Positions 58,240 through 64,000 of a DNA stretch of 64,000 nt are shown one piece after another; within the stretch, counting starts at the first letter, position 1; every line of letters begins with the position of its first letter. Source of the stretch: Acidobacteriota bacterium (GTDB lineage Bacteria > Acidobacteriota > CAIWXX01); the NCBI GenBank assembly GCA_040755995.1, contig JBFMAF010000054.1, positions 1 to 64,000 on the forward strand, written 5' to 3'. The position numbers and the translations under genes are program-made. The notes under the pieces are model-generated. The model was not told the DNA's origin and ran no database searches. It worked only from the letters and a program-made list of their open reading frames with translations.

Positions 58240-59099
58240 GGCTCAGTCTCACCGGGTGTCGAGGGCCTGGTGAGCTGCGGCTTGTCGCCGATGATTACCA
58301 GGACGTGTTCCAGTCGATTCAGTTGGACCGCGGGGGCGACTGTGACCTCCTTGAACACCGAGCTGGTCGGTCCCGACGAGGTCACGCGTCCGATGAATAC
58401 GCCCCTGGGGTAGATCTGATCGAGTCCCGACGTGAGGACCTCCTCATCTGCGGCGACCTCGACGATGTTGGGCACGTACCGCAGGCTGCACCGGCCGTCG
58501 CCCATACCGCCGAGAACCGCATAGGTTCTGCTGGTGGCCAGGATTACTCCCACGCTGGCCTCCCCATCGGTAATGAGCTGCACGGTAGCCACTGAAGGCG
58601 CGACCGGAGTGATGATCCTCCCGACCAGAAAGCCCTCCGGAGACACCACCGGGCTGTTCTGGCGGACGCCCGAGCTGCTGCCCTTGTTGATGAACATCGT
58701 CTTCATGGGGTTCAGGGAGTCCGATCCGATGACCAGCGCCGGTTCGACCTGGTAAGGCCAGCTTTCGGCGAGCCGCAGAATCTGGCGCAGGCGATCGAGC
58801 TCGCCCTTGTCAGCGCGGGAGCGCGTCAATTCGAGCCGCGCCGTCTCGATCTCGCGCCTGAGTCTGGCGTTCTCGGCGCTCGCCTCTCTCAGCCAGACGT
58901 ATCCGCGGTACGTTCTCGAGATCCACGAAGCTCCGACAGCGGCTGCACGCTGGAAGGGCGAGAGCGCGCGGAAGATCGCGGTCTCGAGCAGTGTCGTGCG
59001 GCCGTGCGCCGGTATCTGGCCGGAGATCACGATCAGGTGCGCGATCTGCAGCACGAGCAGAAGGGTGAGTTCCCTTCGGCGGGCGAGCGTCATGGTCAT
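58236..59099 (-). CDS. mreC: Rod shape-determining protein MreC
   Basis: TM, coiled coil ENARLRRE, INKGS..GV, LVGRI, TSGLDQIYPRG. Confidence 0.93.
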   Translation of the reverse strand: MTMTLARRRELTLLLVLQIAHLIVISGQIPAHGRTTLLETAIFRALSPFQRAAAVGASWISRTYRGYVWLREASAENARLRREIETARLELTRSRADKGELDRLRQILRLAESWPYQVEPALVIGSDSLNPMKTMFINKGSSSGVRQNSPVVSPEGFLVGRIITPVAPSVATVQLITDGEASVGVILATSRTYAVLGGMGDGRCSLRYVPNIVEVAADEEVLTSGLDQIYPRGVFIGRVTSSGPTSSVFKEVTVAPAVQLNRLEHVLVIIGDKPQLTRPSTPGETEP

Positions 59100-59227
59100 G
59101 TCGGATCTTCCCCCCTGATTGTACTACAAACGTCGTCCAGCCGGGTGGGAATAGCGCAATCAGTGTGCGTATGGGGTTTGGCAGGCGCGGCCCTGGTGCG
59201 GATATCCCGAGGACGAGGCCTCGCCGT

Positions 59228-60283
<1,056 letters not shown>

Positions 60284-60305
60284 TCAAACCAAGAAGACGG
60301 AGCAT

Positions 60306-60332
60306 ATTGTATCATTCGACTCTCCGAGTCAA
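60306..60332 (-). promoter_or_regulatory. Putative extended -10 promoter of the mre operon
   Basis: TGA-TACAAT (60306-60314); TTGACT lies upstream but with only a 15 nt spacer. Confidence 0.5.
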
Positions 60333-60341
60333 CGGCCCTCA

Positions 60342-60378
60342 ACAGTTGACGGTTGTCAGTTGACAGTTGTCAGTTGCC
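60342..60378. repeat. Heptamer tandem repeat (TGWCAGT)
   Basis: tgacggt tgtcagt tgacagt tgtcagt; reverse complement of the 12156 family. Confidence 0.72.
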
Positions 60379-60417
60379 CCGGCCAGGTGGGCTGGGCTTC
60401 GGCTGACAATCGGCCCG

Positions 60418-61863
60418 CTAGCGCTCCGCGTGGAGCGGGACAGCATGCCCTGCCCGGCTGCTCATGATCCCCTGGAACGGCTGATCCTCCATCTCGGCCA
60501 GGGCCACGCCGTTCTTGGTCGATCCCTTCACACGGTACATGGCCTGGTCCGCGCGCTGTATGATCTCCTCCGGCGTCTGCCCGTGATCGGGATAGCTGGC
60601 GATACCCAGGCTCGCTGACAGCCTGACGTCCAGGCCTTCGTCGTTCAGGAAAGAGTGTTCGCGGATGCGCGTCCGGAGGCGTTCGGCGATGACGAGCGCA
60701 TCGGCGGGCGCCGTCTCAGTCAGGATGATCGTGAACTCGTCGCCGCCGTACCGGGCGATGATGTCCGCCTCGCGCACGCAGCCCCGGATCACGCTCCCCA
60801 CCTCGATCAACGTCTTGCCGCCGGTCATGTGACCGTAGTGGTCGTTCACTTCCTTGAAGCCGTCCAGGTCCAGGAAGATGAGCGATGCGTGAGTGCTGTA
60901 GCGCTTGCAGCGCTTGATCTCCTTCGACAAGTACTCGTGCAGGTAGCGGGAGTTGTACAGCTTCGTCAGGTCGTCTGTGATCGAGAGCTCCTTCGCCCGC
61001 TGGTACAAGATGGCGTTCTCCAGCGCGATCGCAGCGGGCTCGACCAGCGTGAGCAGCATCTCCATGTCGCTCTCCATGAACGACCTGCCCTCGCGCTTGT
61101 TGATGATCTCGACGACACCGAGTGTCCGCCCGCGGCTGATCAACGGAGCGCAGAGTATCGAGTGGGTCTTGAAATTCGACTTCTCGTCGATGATCGGCAG
61201 GAAGCGCTTGTCTTTGGCCACGTCGTTCACGATCACAGGCTGGGCCGTAGCCGCCACCCACCCCGCGATGCCTTCACCCACCTTGATCCGGTACTGGGTG
61301 ATGGTCTTTCCTTCTTCGCTCTTGGCCAACTCGAAGAAGAGATCCTGGTTGGCTTCGTCGATAAGCAGGATCGACCAGGCCTCGCTGGGGATGAGGTGCT
61401 GGATGTTCTCCATTATGAGCTCGGTGACGCGCTTCGGGTCCAACACCGAGTTGGCGGTCTTGACGATGTTGATCAGAGTGTCGAACTTCTGGATCAGACG
61501 TTTCAGGCGCAAGCGCGCCTCGGCGAGCTGCCTCTCACGGTCGTGCGCCGCGAGCGAATCGCGCACCGCGTCGCGAAGTGTAATGGCACGGTGCGGTGGG
61601 TTGAGATGATTCGCGGGCGGGCGCGCGATCGCCTTCAGCGAGAAAGTGATGATGGGAATGTCCTCGATCATACGCCGCACGCGCTTCAGGCGCTGGGTCA
61701 TGGTCGAGCGGTCTTCGACCTCCAGCAGAATGGCGTCGAATGGCTCCGCGGCCAGCGAGATCGTCTCTTCGAAGTAGGCCATGCGGAGCCCAGCGGCTCG
61801 CGCGAGCACCGACAGGGTCGTCCTGGCGCGAGGGCTCCTGTAGATCACGCAGACGTGCTTCAT
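60418..61863 (-). CDS. GAF-domain diguanylate cyclase with degenerate receiver-like N-terminus
   Basis: GAF with INK..F..D, DLDGFKEVNDHYGH, READ I-site, RYGGDEF. Confidence 0.92.
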   Translation of the reverse strand: MKHVCVIYRSPRARTTLSVLARAAGLRMAYFEETISLAAEPFDAILLEVEDRSTMTQRLKRVRRMIEDIPIITFSLKAIARPPANHLNPPHRAITLRDAVRDSLAAHDRERQLAEARLRLKRLIQKFDTLINIVKTANSVLDPKRVTELIMENIQHLIPSEAWSILLIDEANQDLFFELAKSEEGKTITQYRIKVGEGIAGWVAATAQPVIVNDVAKDKRFLPIIDEKSNFKTHSILCAPLISRGRTLGVVEIINKREGRSFMESDMEMLLTLVEPAAIALENAILYQRAKELSITDDLTKLYNSRYLHEYLSKEIKRCKRYSTHASLIFLDLDGFKEVNDHYGHMTGGKTLIEVGSVIRGCVREADIIARYGGDEFTIILTETAPADALVIAERLRTRIREHSFLNDEGLDVRLSASLGIASYPDHGQTPEEIIQRADQAMYRVKGSTKNGVALAEMEDQPFQGIMSSRAGHAVPLHAER

Positions 61864-61978
61864 GATCCCCACGCAGCCGGAATTGCTCGATGCGAAAGAG
61901 GGGTCGTGCGCCCGCACCAGTTGTCGCCCGGCGAGTGATGGAGGGACAGGGCAGCTCCGGTGCGCATGGCCTCAGCGA

Positions 61979-63280
61979 TCAGTAAAACTCGGCGTTGACG
62001 GTCTTGGTCACCCTGCTCTCATTGCCGCTCGCATCCTGTGCCACGAACACGAGATCGTTCTTGCCGGCTTTCGTGATGATGACCGGGTGGAAGAATGCGC
62101 CGCTGTTGTCGACGTCGACCTGTTCGCCGTTGACGGTGAGGAGCACTCCCGGTTCAGTCTGGCCGCGAACAAGAGCGATGTTGCCGCTCATGCGGGGCTC
62201 TTCGACCTTGAGGACCGGAGGCGTGACGTCGAAGCTCTTGAGGCGCCGGTTGGCGGCGAGGATCCGGAAACGGCGGGTCGGCGAGTATTCCCCTAAGCGG
62301 GCATCCTGGTCCAGGGCTGCAACCTTCCAGAAGTAAGTCCCTTCGACCAGCCCCTGGACCCGGCCGGCTGTCTCTTTGAGCCCGAGGCGGTAGTCGACGA
62401 GCGGGTTGGAGAAGAGCGGAGTGGCAGCCAGAAGGAGATGGAAGTTGCGGGCCCCCTGGACCTGGCGCCACGCCACGTAGATCGTCTCCTTGCTTGGGTC
62501 CGGGAAGGCGAACTGCTTGAGATTGGCCGGCTCGATGAGGTCGGGCGGCGGAAGCAACCGGACCTTCGGACCGATCTCCTGGCCCTTCGACACGGAGACG
62601 GCTTCTTGCCCATCCAGTCGTGTGCTGTTGCTGCCGCTACGCACCTCGCCCGATCCACGGTAGACCTGAATACTGGTCTCCTCGCTCTCCGGATTGAACG
62701 TAACGCCGGCCACGGTCATTTCGCCCAGGCGCGTGGTGGCGGTCGGCGAACTCAGCTCCGTCTTGGAGTCCGGCCTGTTCTTCTTGGCCGTGGTCATGTC
62801 TATTGCGCCGCTGGAGATCCGGATGTTTGTGTTGCGAACCTTGGACTGCGGATCCTCGGCGGAGCTCTGAATCATCGTCAGCGACTCGCTCTTGATCGTG
62901 TATTCGGTGCCGTCAAAAAGCAGGATGTGAGCGCTCGAGCTCGCACCGGTCTTGATCATGTCGCCGGCATTCAGGTTCTGCTTCTTCTCGGCCTTGACCC
63001 ACTCGAACGCGCCCTTCTTCTTGACCTTGACGTCGCCTTCGATCTCGAGGAAGTAGCCGCCCTTCTCCGGCTCCTCAGAGCTGCCAACGCCCGCCGCCGC
63101 GGCGGCTCGCGCAACCTGCTCCCGATAGTCCAGGTAGTAGCGGATTCCGAAGTAGATTGTGAAGCCCACGACAAGGAGCACGAGGGCGACCACACCACGC
63201 TTGAGATTGTCGAGGGATATGACCCACCAGTCCAGGTCATACCGCGGGTGTTGTGACGGACGCTTGGTAGCCGTTGGCAT
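61979..63280 (-). CDS. Membrane-anchored FecR-like protein with C-terminal FN3/Ig-like domains (start could be 63313)
   Basis: One TM; EIEGDVKVKK..W..A..GDMIKTG..A.ILLFDGT; GTYFWKVAA; GQTEPG..VNG. Confidence 0.75.
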   Translation of the reverse strand: MPTATKRPSQHPRYDLDWWVISLDNLKRGVVALVLLVVGFTIYFGIRYYLDYREQVARAAAAAGVGSSEEPEKGGYFLEIEGDVKVKKKGAFEWVKAEKKQNLNAGDMIKTGASSSAHILLFDGTEYTIKSESLTMIQSSAEDPQSKVRNTNIRISSGAIDMTTAKKNRPDSKTELSSPTATTRLGEMTVAGVTFNPESEETSIQVYRGSGEVRSGSNSTRLDGQEAVSVSKGQEIGPKVRLLPPPDLIEPANLKQFAFPDPSKETIYVAWRQVQGARNFHLLLAATPLFSNPLVDYRLGLKETAGRVQGLVEGTYFWKVAALDQDARLGEYSPTRRFRILAANRRLKSFDVTPPVLKVEEPRMSGNIALVRGQTEPGVLLTVNGEQVDVDNSGAFFHPVIITKAGKNDLVFVAQDASGNESRVTKTVNAEFY

Positions 63281-63472
63281 ACGCAAGCTTATTATATTCC
63301 TATCCCTGGTCAATGCCTAGTGTGACGCCGACAAGGATCACCCGCCTCCCTGGACATCACGGTGGACGAAAACGCTGTCATTCGGTGGTTGCGCTCGCCG
63401 CCAGCAACAAGGGCGTTCACATCGCCTTTGAATTCGACTCGGCTGGCACGGATGCCCAACTCGTCCGCCATC

Positions 63473-64000
63473 TCAGGGCAACCGCTGGCGCCTCGTGAAG
63501 TCGATGATTAGTTGAACCGGTCTCTCGGGAGCGATCCGGACCTGGCTTACGTACGGCTCGTAGCCTTCGCACTCCACGCGGATCGTGTGCGGTCCGACTG
63601 GCAGGCCCTCTTGCACGAAGCCGGCCGGGTCCGCCATTACCACCGGGTCTCCGTCGATGGTGATGCTCTGCGGGCGGACACCCGCGGGTAGGAGTATCTT
63701 CACCGAAAGACTCCCGGTAGCCGGGAGGGGGGGCGGTCCGGGCTCCTCGACCGGCTCCCAGCGCCGTCTTCCCTCGCCCGGTGCCGGAGTCGTACTTGCC
63801 TCAACCGGCTTCTCGGATGGTTCCTGCGGCTTGTCCTTAGGCATGGGCTTCTCGACCGGTTCCTGCGGCTTGTGCCTCGGCACGGGTTTCTCGGCGGGCT
63901 TCGCGTCGGGCGGTGGAGGCTTCTGTTGGGGGGTTTCGGCAGTTCCCTTGTCTAGTGGCGTTTGCTCGAGCTGCCCGTCGTCACGACGGAGCGCGGTCTC
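63473..64000 (-). CDS. 3' part of a gene with a Pro/Lys/Glu-rich linker and C-terminal PEGA domain (starts beyond the window)
   Basis: Frame open to the window edge; GSLSVK..ITIDG..LPVGPHTIRVECEGYEPY; imperfect 39-bp repeat KPQEPVEKPMPKD/KPQEPSEKPVEAS. Confidence 0.75.
   Translation of the reverse strand, partial: ETALRRDDGQLEQTPLDKGTAETPQQKPPPPDAKPAEKPVPRHKPQEPVEKPMPKDKPQEPSEKPVEASTTPAPGEGRRRWEPVEEPGPPPLPATGSLSVKILLPAGVRPQSITIDGDPVVMADPAGFVQEGLPVGPHTIRVECEGYEPYVSQVRIAPERPVQLIIDFTRRQRLP

Overview
High-GC bacterial chromosome segment, probably Acidobacteriota (inferred from a GWxTD-family gene, an acidobacterial-type VWA gene and Tat-signal AKR/DUF362 genes). About 48 CDSs and one tRNA-Thr(CGU). 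The right third is core: mreB-mreC-mreD-mrdA-rodA, a radical SAM fusion, RNase G/E and waaF. Elsewhere are pyk, galE, peptidases, glycosyltransferases and many GAF/c-di-GMP signalling genes. Best candidate for an undescribed system: an AT-richer islet just downstream of the tRNA 3' end (about 31.9-34.7 kb). It carries two divergent operons, each led by a small protein resembling the DUF3574/phage SAM-lyase fold and each containing an RHH-like gene; the right operon also encodes a signal-less trypsin-like protease. Second candidate: a secreted TIMP/NTR-like protein directly upstream of a propeptide-less MMP-like metzincin. Also present are an RHH-nucleotidyltransferase pair with a visible operator, a DUF104-MazF pair, an OprC-like copper receptor and several leaderless promoters. 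No CRISPR array, integrase or transposase was seen. All family calls are by motif recognition; no database search was run.
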